Source of the DNA: Ylistrum balloti
Lineage: Eukaryota
Reading direction: 5' to 3'
Length of the DNA stretch: 64,000 nucleotides
Assembly (NCBI RefSeq): GCF_031769215.1
Contig: NW_026781915.1
Span: 186,001-250,000 of the forward strand
Position numbers and translations under genes: made by a program. Position 1 is the first letter of the stretch; the number at the start of each line of letters is the position of its first letter. Shown here one piece after another: positions 41,001 to 53,845 of this stretch. Under the pieces are notes generated by a model. That model did not search any database, was not told the origin of the DNA, and worked only from the letters and a program-made list of their open reading frames with translations.

Positions 41001-44000
41001 TTGAAGTTCTGCAGTCTATCACTGTTTTAGAGAATTTTGAGTGTATATATTACTATGCATAGTTGTATATTTTACTTATTCAGAAAAATCAAAATGCAGA
41101 CATAGAAAAATTGGTGAATCTTTGAGATACCCCTTTCTCAAGAGAAAATCTTTCTTCTTCCTTTATAATTGCAATGTGCCTTCTATAACCATATATATGC
41201 TCACCATATGATTTGATGCAGTTCCATGCATACTCATGATACCGATTCCTTAAAATCTTCATTCTGTGCTTATAAAGCCTTAAACCCACACAACTAGTAT
41301 GCAATATTTGTTGTGGATAGTTACTAGAGTTGTTTTAGTTAAGTTAGATATTGAATCAAGTTTGAAGTATGAAATGAATTGCCATTATTTTACAACACCA
41401 GACAGGTTGACAGTTTGATATATATGTAACGAGTAGACTACAGACTAGTGTGTAGCAAGAGGTAATTAATGGTACATCATATATAGCTTCAATAAAACAA
41501 AGTCTTGTGATGATTTTAAAAGGTGAATATAAAACAAATTTGTATCAAAAATAAATATAACCTTTTCAAATAGTGAACTGTTAGAAATGTGAATAAAGGT
41601 TAAAAGTATGTATCAGACTATGTAAAGGTTTAAACTACAAAACCACAATATGCAAGTGAAAATATACTTAACAAAAACAATAGGCCTAACTTTACCAAGA
41701 CAGGGTATGAAATCTAAATAACAAATTGTGTTGTCAATTCCTTATTTAGAAATATTATTATATGAGTCAGTGCTTTTACACAATTTATCAATCATAACAA
41801 GATTGAAATGGAGTGTCAACAGAATTTAAGAATCCATGAAATATTCACAAATTCAGTCAGGCTATGTACAGTGTACAAAATATTTCATGTCCATTTCCGA
41901 CAGAATAAGGTCAGTCAAAATCTACTTTATAGGTACTAGTCCATTTCTCTCTCTGTCTATTGTCTTCGGTTTATTGACACTATTTCATATCTATGCATCA
42001 TGTAAAATACTAACCAAATTGTTTCTTACTTCTGGCATCTAGGTCAAAAAATGAAAAGTTCCCAAATATTTGTGGAATTAAGAGTCTATTGAAATTTCTA
42101 TATCAAAAAATGAAATAAGGATATCAATTTTTTTGCTTATTTGGCCCAATAAGGTGTTTTTTCTTGTCATTTCTTATTGTCATTTATGTCCTGATGAAAG
42201 CAAAAAAAAGTGCCTCCTGTGATTACAGAAAAAAACTACCTGGGTAAAAATTTTATCTCTATACATAATTGCTAACTTGTTCTCAAAAGTCTGGCAGTAA
42301 CAATTTTATTGTTTTAATACTATCACTTCTTCAAAAAAAAAAAAAAATGCTCAAGAGAGATTTTGACTGTCTGGTTTAGAAAGAGTGAATTTGAATACAA
42401 ATGTATCTAGCTTTTTCTCTATCTCCAGAGCACTTTTGTTAAATGTCATATGATACATTACACAGTCATATATATAATACCAAACATGTCGGTTAACAGA
42501 AAATTACCAATCATTAATGATATTATTTCATATCTCTACATTATGATTTCTACTATAATGCCAGAAGTCACCACACTGATTAAATTGCACTTAGTATTAC
42601 AGGAATATAGATAAACGTATCAAATCTAGCTTGGCAACACACAATTAGGAAAGATCTACTCGTGCAGACTTAACAGACAGCAACAATGAGGGTGACAAAG
42701 CAAGCCACAACACAAGGTGACCGGGTAGTTTGCATGGGTTATTGGCAGTACACCCATACTTACAAGGGCACATTACGCCTCAGCTGATCTTCTGCACCAA
42801 CAGGTAACATAAAGTAATTAACACGCTTTTTTGTTCCACTCCTGTCAGTGTAGTGTTCTCTGTGTTTTTGCCCAAGCTGAAACAGAAAAAATAAAAGTCT
42901 CAGTTGGTGTATGAAACAACTGATCATTATCAAAAAGAGAAAAACATTATTGAGACAAAAGTCCAATAGTACCACATTCATTATCTGTAATCATACTTCC
43001 TTTCCCATGACACTGAGTTTGGATGGTCAGGTGGCACAGTGGTAACACTCAACTTTCATCTAGGTGATCTAGGGTTTGATTCCCCAATCAGATGTGAAAA
43101 GGGATGGAGTCATCTGTGTGACCAGGCAAGTTTCACTAACATATACTGCTTTCCTCCCACAGTAAGACCCCTTGTGTTCTAACATTCAGGCCAAATAGAA
43201 TGACTGCTGAGTTGGGGAAGGGAGTTCACAGATTGCAGTTAAACTTTTCTTAACACAGCAATTTTCTGGCATATTTAAATAATAGAGAGTATGACCGAGT
43301 TGACTTCAATGCATTGGTTTGTAATGTTCTTTTCAAGTTTTTTCAGGATTTGATGAGTTTGAATAGTAAGACACTTATGTCTGATGTCTTTGTTAATTAT
43401 CGTTATGAAAATAGCTATCTGGAGTGACATACATAAAGGTACTGTAATTGCTTAATTGACACTTGGAATTCTCTTGACTAATGGACATCAACACTTTAGA
43501 CAGGAAATATTTAGGGTAAATGTAGTCCATGTTTATATGAATTTTGCTTGCTGGCCACATGTTTATGATAATCCAGCTTACTAGGCTCCATATTTATTTT
43601 GCAACAAATGTGAAACAAGCTATCAGCTTATCTGTTATTACACAAGATGGAAGGGCATACATTGTCTTATTGCTATATTGATTAACCATCTAGGTGTTGG
43701 TCAAAAACATAATGAAATAAGCTAGACTCAAAAGAATTTTGGAGATAGAAATTCATTATAAGGCCAACTTGGGAAATTGCATATATGAATGCAGTTATTA
43801 GATAAGATCATGAATCACAGTTATTATAGTAGAATTAATGACTATTACTTTATCAAACTGGTAGAGCTCTTCTTTCCTGTCATGATCTATATTTGACAGG
43901 GAATGCTTTGGAGCATTTAACCATCTGTCACGAGTTCGACTTCTGGCGCTGATAACAGTCTCTGGTTTGTGTGTGTAATATGTTGGGAACTCTCCACCTT

Positions 44001-44712
44001 TGCATAGCGGATCAGCTGAACATGACAAGGTTTTGGATCTGTAGTCCTGGAAATATTTCTGTGTTGCATTTCCGTATGTTTCACCATAATCATACTTTGT
44101 GGTTGGACAATGACCTTGATATCTGCAAAGAACATAAGTAAAACGTAATTTACATGTGCAGTTATTAAGTTAAACCGATGAAAATTAGCATCCTTTTAAA
44201 ATGCATCGTCTCCAGATAAAATATACGAGTTTTATACAGATGCATTGGTGTGACATGGTCTCTCGGTTCCATATTTACGCTACGTTTATTTTAAAACATT
44301 TTCCGTTCGGATAAAATGTCGTCCAAACTAAAACTAAGACTTCTTAATAACATAACATCTTCAACTCGTCGAAAAGTTTAGAAATATTACATTTACATAA
44401 ATGTCACGACCAAGACAGAAATAAAAATGCTGATAGAGAGCGAAACTTCTTTTGTATCTCTATTAGTATTTCTTCATTGCCTCTCATACACGCTAAAGAT
44501 ACAACGGTTTTTAATGAGAGAGGATGGTTTTACCAACGAGCAAACAAATCTGAGACTTTAATCGTGAACAAACTTCAACTGACATAACAGTATCGAAGCA
44601 TCTGTATAAAAAATATATGCTTTCACCACTTCATCACTTACCCCGGCATAAACCGTGGTGGGATATAGGTGGCATTGTTTGTTGTCACTAAAGTTCCTGC
44701 TGCCCTTGACAT
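38042..44712 (-). CDS. CIMIP2C: Ciliary microtubule inner protein 2C (FAM166C / C2orf70), 201 aa
   Basis: Exons 44712-44642, 44122-43849, 42876-42764, 38189-38042; total 606 nt, phases consistent. [31 protein letters not shown]...YGETYGNATQKYFQDYR...RTRDRW...HREHYTDRSGT...YFMLPV...RDVYFEKR matches the FAM166 PGYxGHxP motif and the FAM166C layout. Confidence 0.9.
38805..39300. repeat. Degenerate about 20-bp tandem repeat (actaatgaacaagtgatatc-like)
   Basis: Recurring acaagtgat, acaggtgat and actggtgat followed by atcac. Confidence 0.7.
39345..39910. repeat. Minisatellite in CIMIP2C intron 3: longer diverged units followed by 39-bp units
   Basis: tttgtacaccagc(a/c)gtgttgctgagaagtctac(t/c)gtca has a 39-bp period (e.g. 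39721 and 39760). Upstream variants read tttgtacaccagcagtgtttatgagaagtctacagacaa. Confidence 0.92.
43025..43200 (+). mobile_element. tRNA-derived SINE (decayed)
   Basis: A-box TGGCACAGTGG at 43032-43042 and B-box-like GGTTTGATTCC at 43073-43083, then a ctgctttcctcccaca central-domain motif (V/Meta-SINE-like). No full cloverleaf. Confidence 0.65.
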
Positions 44713-44959
44713 GATGATCAGTATCTGTCAGCCAAAGAGGTTGTTTACATGCCGTACAACACAGTAGTAGTTCTACGTCGCAGAAGAAATAGTTCTTCAT
44801 TTGACAGGCAGTCATCATCTTGTTTTTCTGTATTACTGCTTATTTGGAATAATAATTCGATATAATATATTGTTTCTAAAATTTTCAAGAATTTTTTATT
44901 CAGAAAAATAATCGTATTAGCTAATAAAGTCATGCGGATAAATACAAATTTCGAATAAT

Positions 44960-44973
44960 GTCACCACGGTAAT
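44960..44973. promoter_or_regulatory. X-box-like motif upstream of the ciliary gene CIMIP2C
   Basis: GTCACCACGGTAAT is one mismatch from GTNRCC-N2-RGYAAC and lies about 250 bp upstream of the ATG. Confidence 0.4.
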
Positions 44974-46939
44974 GAACAAGGGAGCCTACTCCCAATGGGA
45001 TTACACAAATGTAGGTAGCATGCTACTAATAAATGGACCGTAACAACCCATACGTTGAATTGTTTAACGACTGGCGAATTTCTAAAAATGTCAGAAGGGC
45101 GACATTATCGATTTTGACCATTAAAGTTATGTTATTACTTGGGAAGAAGAAGATTGACTTGCCTGATTATCTCACAGATGCCGGTGACCTCGAGTACCAG
45201 TTACCACTGTTTTTATAGCAGAGTACTCTCATCCTGGTCCGATGTTGTGATCTTGGTGGATATTTTAAAATATTTGTAAATGTTCTTAAATTAGCGAATT
45301 TCCCTAATATTTTAATCACTTCTCAATACACCAAATGACTGAGAGCAAAAGGTGATACGATGTTGGGCGTCAAGATTCTCTTAATTCTGAAGCCGAATAA
45401 AAAGAATAAATGTGCCCGCTTTCTATAGACTGGGATTGGTTTGTACATAATGTTACAAGGTAAAAAAACACGAATAGATGCTGTCAGAACTTTAGTAGTA
45501 TTCAGTATTACAATAAGACTATAACCCAGATTTGATTTTTCCTTGGTTCCAGTATGCCTAGAGGCGATCATCTGATTTTGACAGCTTATATTTGTCACTA
45601 TTTCCCAGATAAACAGTTTTTTTGTATATCTAGACCTGATCATTTAAACATCGTTCTTGTTTTATAAATCCCAAATATTACATTATAAAGTTCCAATTTG
45701 TCTTCAATTAAGTTTTGAATCACCGTTTTTTATTAAATAAGAAAAAAATTGTCCATTACTCGGGCCAATACAATGTAGATAGCCACTTCGGATCATTGTA
45801 GCAAACAATTGTTATTGGTATTTCTCAGATAGCACTATAGCGATATTTCAAAGAAAAAACAAAACAAAATACAATATGGCCGACTATCCTGAATTATGAC
45901 TGTTAAAGTGTATGTGCCCAGATTTAAGATTGATCAGAAAATTAAAATGATTCCAATTTTTTTACCGTTAATTTAACAAAATGTATATCAAGATTTTCTT
46001 CGGTCCCTAGTTGTTCATGTTAAAGCTTTAGAATATTTAGGAACTTCTCTAAAAATGACTGACAGGTGACCATCTCAGATTTTACACTAAGGGTTAAGTT
46101 GAAATGGGAATGTCCAATTCAAGTAAGTTGATTTGTCATTACTTGAGATAGGGGCCACCAGTTTTCCACGATATGACACGGACTTTTCTTTAATAGGGAA
46201 TATCAGTATGACCAGTCAATCCCACAATGTATGTAGATATTACTTACAGCTGGTGTTGGATATTGTTTCCATTGGTGTGTAAGAAAACTATGAACTAAAT
46301 ACAGTAAACAGCGATGTCGGTTACGTTCCTCAAGGGCGAAGGGTGAACAGGGGCATAGAGAGGAAGTCATTCCTCTGCACACTCTTTTGGCAGGGGTGTT
46401 AGCTCAAAGCAATTGTGCAGTTTTTATTAAATGTATCTAGTCCATGAAAAATGCTTTACCCACACTTTTTCCAAAATTCTGGATCAGTCGCACAGGTTAG
46501 GATTTGATGTTGGTTTCAGCCTTGCTCCACGTGACCAATTACGAATTCACAATCCTGAGGATGTTCCCAAACTCAGAAAATAATGTGAACATTAGGGCAA
46601 CCCCATATATGTGTTCTCATTTCGCTTAACTTTTGTTTAACCCCATTGGTGAGACGAACATTTAAAAAGAACCCCAACAATTTGATACTTTTGTATATAT
46701 GTTCGTGACAAGTCATTCAAATTACAGCAGTTACGCTAGCGTATCAATAATACTGTTCTCCTTTTAGAATATGACAGCTGACGTATTTAATTTGACCAAC
46801 ATTATTGCTGCATGTGTGATTGATGAAGCAGAAGACATGTACCCTTTCAGAATACCTGATCTTAATTTCATTGATTTCCATGTAGATCGTTTTTTGTTAT
46901 ACTCCCTGAGAAAAGGATCATGATGTGAATACATTGGTC

Positions 46940-47710
46940 ATACTGAGGGGGTGTGCAGAGTACCAATCAATTCCGAGTTCAATAACAATTCTGGGTTATT
47001 GCCCTTTGTTAAAAAAATCTGATCTGAGATTTACTTTGGCCACAATGATATATAGATCATACTAAGACAATGTGCTGTGTATCAAATTCAGGGTCCTCAA
47101 CCCCTCAATTACAGAGTAATTACTCTTTGTTAAAATATTGTGTCCACAGCATTACTGTGCCTGTACTTAAACTAAGATATTGAAGCATGATGTATGAATT
47201 ACTCATACAAAAGCAAGGTGTAGTGTAGCAAAGCCAGGGTCCTCAACCCCTCAATTACAGAGTAATTACTCTTTGTTAAAATATTGTGTCCACAGCATTA
47301 CTGTGCCTGTACTTAAACTAAGATATTGAAGCATGATGTATGAATTACTCATACAAAAGCAAGGTGTAGTGTAGCAAAGCCAGGGACCATGACCCCTCAG
47401 TTATTGCCATTTGTCAAAAGGGACAGAATTTGGTGCATACATTGCTCATACTAAAAAATGTACAGTATACCAAATTCAGGGCCAGCAACACCTTACTTAC
47501 ATAATTATTGCCCTTTGTTAAAATGTTGTATCCATTATTCGTTTACGGGAGCATTCATCAATTTCACTGCCACCCTTGTTCATATTATTGTTCTTGCTTT
47601 ATCAATTTTGAGTTTGGATTGTGATGATGTTAACTTTTCTGTAAGGAATTTGGTTGAAAACTTGTTTCTAGAAAAGCTGATGCCTGATGCTGTGTCACTG
47701 GATTAACTCA
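46940..47710. mobile_element. Helentron/HINE-like non-autonomous element containing a perfect 146-bp tandem duplication
   Basis: Identical units at 47089-47234 and 47235-47380. The diverged (g/a)ttattgcc(c/a)tttgt motif recurs near 46996, 47400 and 47505. Confidence 0.6.
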
Positions 47711-49531
47711 CTTGTCCTTCTGACAGGTAACCAGGTATCATGTTTATGAACTCTCTGTGGTCACATGTACTGTACAAATAACACTACATCTTATGTCTAA
47801 AACAGAATAAAGTTTATTTGAAATTGGAAAATCAACCAGTGATCTTCCACATTTGAATGGATTTGAGAACAAACATTGGTTTAACAATAACATGATTTCA
47901 TGGTATAACAAACTAATATAATTATTTACAATACAAAATATATGAGTAGAAATAGATTTGTGTCTTAAGTTTTCACAGCAGCTTTTACAATTTGTGCATA
48001 GAAATAAAATCAGTCACTATTTTCTGTTCCTCTTTTAAATATTTGCAATGTGTTGTTTCCTCAATTGTGCCCGTTTCACCGCACAAATGGTGGTAGCATA
48101 AAAATACTGCTCATAAAGTTGATACAAAAGAAGAATAAATGAATCTTCAGTGGAGTGTTTATCTTTCCATTTGCTTTGTTCTGACTTCAAAACTGTATTG
48201 ATTGACACACAGCTGCTAAGGAATTAGAATTTATATCAAATCTATGTGACTGGATTTTAATACTAAATCATTCATTCACCACATAGTTTAACTTTACATA
48301 CATGTGATAAATTTTGACATGATCTACAGATATATATACACAATTTATGAACTTTTTTGACAGAATAATATTCCTGATATATAAAAATTGAAGGCACAAC
48401 CTGCTAAGGTGATGAATGAGTGTACAAACAAAACATTATTGACAAGAGAATATACGGTGTGATTAGTTAAACTCTTTACAAACAATTCACAAAACAAGAC
48501 AGATTACATATTTATATTGCAAAATACCCCTACTATTATTTTTTTTTTTTTTTGCAAATAAATCCTTTTATATAAGTCACAAAATTGAATTAGAATGAAG
48601 ACAAAACAGGTTATTAGAAATGAAAACGAAAAAAAAAAAAAAAATACAGAATCAATTGTTTCTGGAGTATGTGTTGAATGTGAAAATATACCTACTATAA
48701 CCATACAAAAAAAATTTTTGTCACATTTCTGAGCTTGTTTTATTACAAAGTGGTGGTTTAAACATGAAATGTTTTACAAGAAAAGCAGTTAGTATTTAAC
48801 TGATAACAATGCATCACAATACTTTGTAGGATGTCAGACACAGGATGTATTATGATACAGATCATTAAAAAACAAACTAACGTTTTCCTGATATAAGAAT
48901 TTGTTTTCAATTTATATGCACATACTTTCACACAAAGATTAAAATCACAATATTACAAGTATTATGATTGATATTAAAATGTATGGGACTAACATAGGAT
49001 CCAGCTAAAAACCAGTAAATTTAAAACACAGGATTACACTTTTTATACAATATCCGAAATTAAAATCAAAGCTGGAGTGATCATTGTAAATCCAAACCAT
49101 CTAGAAACTCTGTCACGTAGTCTTAGTTAATGATATGTTAACATGAGCGTTGTAGATGTAATCCAATTAAATGCCCCTTGTTGAAGCCTTACTGATGTTC
49201 AAAAATTACACTGGAATTTTTTTTTTTTCTTTACCAACATATTCCTAAAATTTGACAACAATGCAAAATCTGATGGCCATATTATAAGTATGTGACATAA
49301 GACAGAACTGATAAAGGTGGGATGTACAGCGGACAAGTTTGAAGATGATTTAAATAAAAGATATACTTATGTGAATTTAAACTACAAATGTTAATTAGTA
49401 CAGATCTAGCATCATAAGGTTATATCCACTTTCTAACTTGTATAGTTGTCATCAGTCTTAACCTGAATGTCACTTCTTGAACCTGTAGTCACACATCCAT
49501 TGGTTGGTCCCATGTACATGTCTGTTGTCTT

Positions 49532-52500
49532 TTATAATCGAATCCTGAAAGAGCTGTAATAGAGAGAACACTCAAATTTACCTATTAAGTTTTAATCATC
49601 AACATAGAAACATTGATTTCCAAGTTTTGGCAAAACATATAATTTGTCTTGTGCCGATATGATTTTGCAAGATTTGTGATAGCATGACTACTTCAAAATG
49701 TTAAACATGTGTGCAAGGAGCATTTAGAGGCACAGCCTCCTTGTAGTAGTAGGTGGTCAAAGCAGTGAACAAAATATGGGAGGAATGTTACATGCTATCT
49801 AGAACAACTGGGGTATAGTGTCTTGCCCATGGACACAATCATGACAACACAGACTAACCTGTGTCTCAGCTTCCTGAGAAACACAAACCGCCATAGGTAG
49901 GGAGTGGATCTTTCCCGATGTACTGACAAAGGCCAACGGTCTAACCAAGTCTGGTATATACAATATACAGTGGCAAATAGTGTACCACCTATATTTTTCT
50001 TTTATTCACTTTGTTTTAAAAGAAGATTCACCAATGAAAGATTGTTTGCTTACTTTACAAAATCAGGAGCCTTGGAAATGACATGTTCAAACTCAGCAAA
50101 AGACAGTGATTCATCATCATCTAAGTCAGCTTCCTCAAATATCTGTAAAATACAAAAATTAAGAATTAATCTTTCTTGATAATGTCTTACAGGTTTATAG
50201 ACAAATTATCTAAAACATAATATAAGATAGAGATAGAAGAATTTTACATTTTCACTCAACATAGACACATAACTAGTGGTTGATTTAGATGACTTTGTTC
50301 ATCACCATACAATGCGTGTCATATGCAAAAAAAAAGCCGATTTGTTTGAGCAATACATATTTTTTGTTCCTATTTCCAATATTTGCTTTTAATGAATGAC
50401 TGTTCTGAACTTAAAACGTTCCTTAAATTCATGTTTGACTAAGTTAAAAGCACATGAAAACTTACATTATCAATGAGCTGCTGCATTTCTTCATCTCCAA
50501 GTTTCTGTCCTTCTCCTGTCAGACGATCAACTACCTCCTTCAAGTCTCGACTGGACAACATGTCATCACCATCAAAATCTGAAAGAAAGAAAACAGTTAA
50601 AATTCTAGTCTAAACCATATTAAAATGAAATATCAAATGATTGAATTAAAGAAGTAATTTTGTATTAACTTGAATATGCCTTAGTGTTATAAAGGTATCT
50701 TATTAAAGTCTTGGAACTGAAAAATATCTTAGTGTCAAGAGGGCCACACAACTTATTCTCTTGTCAAGAGGGCCACACAATTTATTCTCTTGTCAAGATG
50801 GGCACTCAACTTATCCTCATGTCAAGAGGAACACTCAACTTATCCTTGTGTCAAGAGGGGCACTCAACTGATCCTTGTTTCTAGAGGGCCACACAAATTA
50901 TCTTTGTCTTAAAGGATTACTTAACTTATTCTCCAGTCAAGAAGGGTTTCAACATATATTCTTGAAATACATACCATAGATCCTGAAGGCATATTCAACT
51001 TTAACATTCTTTGGTGCGTTATCACTAAAGACAGACATCATGTCAAGGAAATCTTCAAATGTCATATTTCCACTTCCATCAGAGGAGAACACCTTTGTGA
51101 TCTGATCTTTGAAAGGATTCACCTGAAAAAATAATATAATTTTATTAGACTTATTTTACAACACATCAGTAATGTACATGTGAACTATATCTACTATATT
51201 ACTGTTACTTTACTTAACACAATGCAATGTTGACAAAAACAAAATAATAGTATACCATTTTTAAGCTTTAAAAGGTGTTTGGTAGACTGAAAGACTGGAT
51301 AATTTCTTTGTGCTATAACATAGCTTGAAATTAAATACTGATATCATAATTATTTAAAAGACATACCTTCAGTTCTGAAAGCTCCAAGATGGTTTCATTA
51401 TTCAGCTGCACATTCTTGTTAACCTCTGATACCTTCTCTGGATCTAATTCTCTGAAGCGTTTGTACACACTGAACAAAGAAGAAAGAAATATGAAGTAAT
51501 GATGATTTTGATTGGGATATAGCTTTGTGGTGACGAGGTATGTAATGGTACTACTCCTACATCAGGTTCATTACAATCAGTAGATTTAAACTACAACCTA
51601 GAGTCTCCTTTAAAATATCATAACAATACTTCTCATTATTTATCATCAAAAATTTATTATACATTGTATTACATTGTAGAATGTCTCAGTTTTAAATTAC
51701 ACAAATATATATTTATTGCTACAATGATTACATTGGTATTTTTGACAAATAAAAATTGTTCTACTAAATACTACTGAAATGTTACAACAACACATAAAAA
51801 ACACCCAAGAAAATTCTAACTGTTAAGTGTTATGATACTTACTGTAAAATTTCCTTCTTTGTGAAATATGTTAGTTCCTGCAAAAGAAATAATACAAATG
51901 GTATAGTCAAGTCAACATAAGGAATAAAAAGTTATCAAAGTAAATTGCTTTGAGTTTCAGAAATATGATATTGCAAGAAGAATAAGTCTGCATTTTAAGA
52001 GACATAGTATATCAAGATATGTATTCTTAAAAATGTACTTTCATCTTAAATTCAATTGTACATTCATGCATGTGCAATTACAATATAGTAAACTAAAAAA
52101 CCTAGAAGTAGCTATATGGTTATACAATGATTCAAGACACAAAGATAGAAAAGAATTTTTACCCTTATGGCCTTGTTTAATGTAGGTCAAAACCATTCAT
52201 TTGGATAGCCTGAATTAACCTCAGCATGTAACAAGACCCTGTGCACTTTGGTTATCCAGAAAAATTCAAAGTTGTTAAAAAATTATGAGACGTTTTACAC
52301 CTGTCACCTTGAAAGTGAATTGGCACTGTCATTCATTTGAACAAATGTGATGGTAATACAACCCAACATGCTGTAAATGTATGTAAAATATTATTCTGGA
52401 CCTCTAAAGATAAAGCAGTCATGTAAACAGGGTATCTGTAGGAGTTGCTAAATAAACTAGAACATCTCAGAGAGCTAGTGCTGTTACTCATTTGAATGAT

Positions 52501-53454
52501 ATCTTAACATTTAAACTGAACCAAGGTTATCCTTCATATGAGCCCACTTGGTAGCTATATGCATTGTCCCAGCATGCTACAGCCAAAATATTATCAAGAC
52601 CCAGAGCTACTGGTTATAGAACTTTTTTCTGGGGTTTCTTCCAATTGGAGCAATTTCATAAGATGGCTAAATTTTCTAAATGTATAGTTCACTTCTTAAA
52701 TTTTCTTTCATGGTTATCAATTTTCTTCCCAATACAAAATAAAAAGGCTCTTTTTCAAGTTAGTCTAGGAAAAGCCCGGAGTTTAATAATTGAGGATTTT
52801 AACACATTTGACCCTTGAGACCTTGCATTGACTGTAGGTGATAGTCATTTCACTGAAATAAATGTGTTGGCCCTTCATCCCAGCCTTGGCCTTTTGTTAT
52901 TGATTATCATAATTTGTTTCAATGTCATTTAGGCCTATACATGTACAATACTGTATCTAATGTATCTAACATTTTAAATGTTATCATTTAAAATGGTGAC
53001 TTTTGAAATACTTGTAAACATGTAGTCATAGAAAAACTCCACCAGTTTGTAATCATATAACGTTACAATGTTGTATTAATTGTAATTCTGTTAATAATTA
53101 GGGCCAATAATATTTATCTCATTAATCTAATTCAATAGACATTTAGAGTTTCTAGAGAGGTTAATCACATGTTTTAAAAAAATGGAGTGTTTAAAGTGTT
53201 CAATACAGAAGCTATTTTAAACTGTCGATCCACTTTCTGGTCACGATTTGGTTATGTCAACAGTGATTGATTGACAACCATTGTAAACAACTTTTATTCG
53301 GACAGGTATCGGCGCGCTTGTCTTTCAAAAACAGTCTCAAAAAAGATACTGCTGAAGGAGGATATGAACAATTTATCATGGGTTGTGTCAAAAACATAGT
53401 TACCTGATAATCATCCAGTTCTTCCTCGGTAAATACGCTTTGTGATCCCCCCAT
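49532..53454 (-). CDS. CIB1: Calcium and integrin-binding protein 1 (EF-hand, N-myristoylation motif), 186 aa
   Basis: Exons 53454-53404, 51877-51843, 51469-51367, 51122-50975, 50578-50466, 50142-50054, 49553-49532; total 561 nt. Motifs: [98 protein letters not shown]. Confidence 0.95.
49790..49958 (-). mobile_element. tRNA-derived CORE-type SINE remnant in the last CIB1 intron
   Basis: Minus-strand tgtgtccatgggcaagacactatacc resembles the CORE consensus tgtgtgaccttgggcaagttacttaacc. A tRNA-like head (tggttagaccgttgg) lies upstream on the same strand. Confidence 0.55.
50733..50940. repeat. 29-bp minisatellite (about 7 copies) in a CIB1 intron
   Basis: tgtcaagagggccacacaacttattctct at 50733, 50762 and 50791, continuing with variants. 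Confidence 0.9.
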
Positions 53455-53845
53455 TGCGATTCGTGTCACCGTTTCAAGATAAAATGGCTACGAACAATAT
53501 ATATTTCAGAACATCAAGAAAAGATATACGGAACAAAATATTGTATTTATCTTTAATTTTGCCAAAATTCATTTTTATCTAATAATACTAGGTTCACTTT
53601 CTTGAAATATTAAATAAAATAGATAGATATCATCATAAAGAGACTATATTAATTAATGTAATTATTTTATCAAAATTTTGTTCCGCTTTATTGTGCTTGA
53701 TTTGTAACAACCGTAGTGAGTTCCCGGAAGTGATTCATAATGGAAAGGTAGTGATGACTGTCAAAGCAGTTATGATGGAACAACATTACTATTAAAGGTT
53801 GACGTGTATATTTTACTGAGACTGAAGTGCCATAACGGACTGAAA
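53455..53845. promoter_or_regulatory. Putative bidirectional promoter CIB1/VPS28
   Basis: 391 bp between the divergent ATGs. ETS/GABP motif CCGGAAGTG at 53724-53732; YY1-like AAAATGGC at 53481-53488. Confidence 0.72.

Noticed and set aside
43025-43100. tRNA gene
   Set aside because: A and B boxes are present, but there is no acceptor or anticodon stem pairing and it continues into a SINE-type body.
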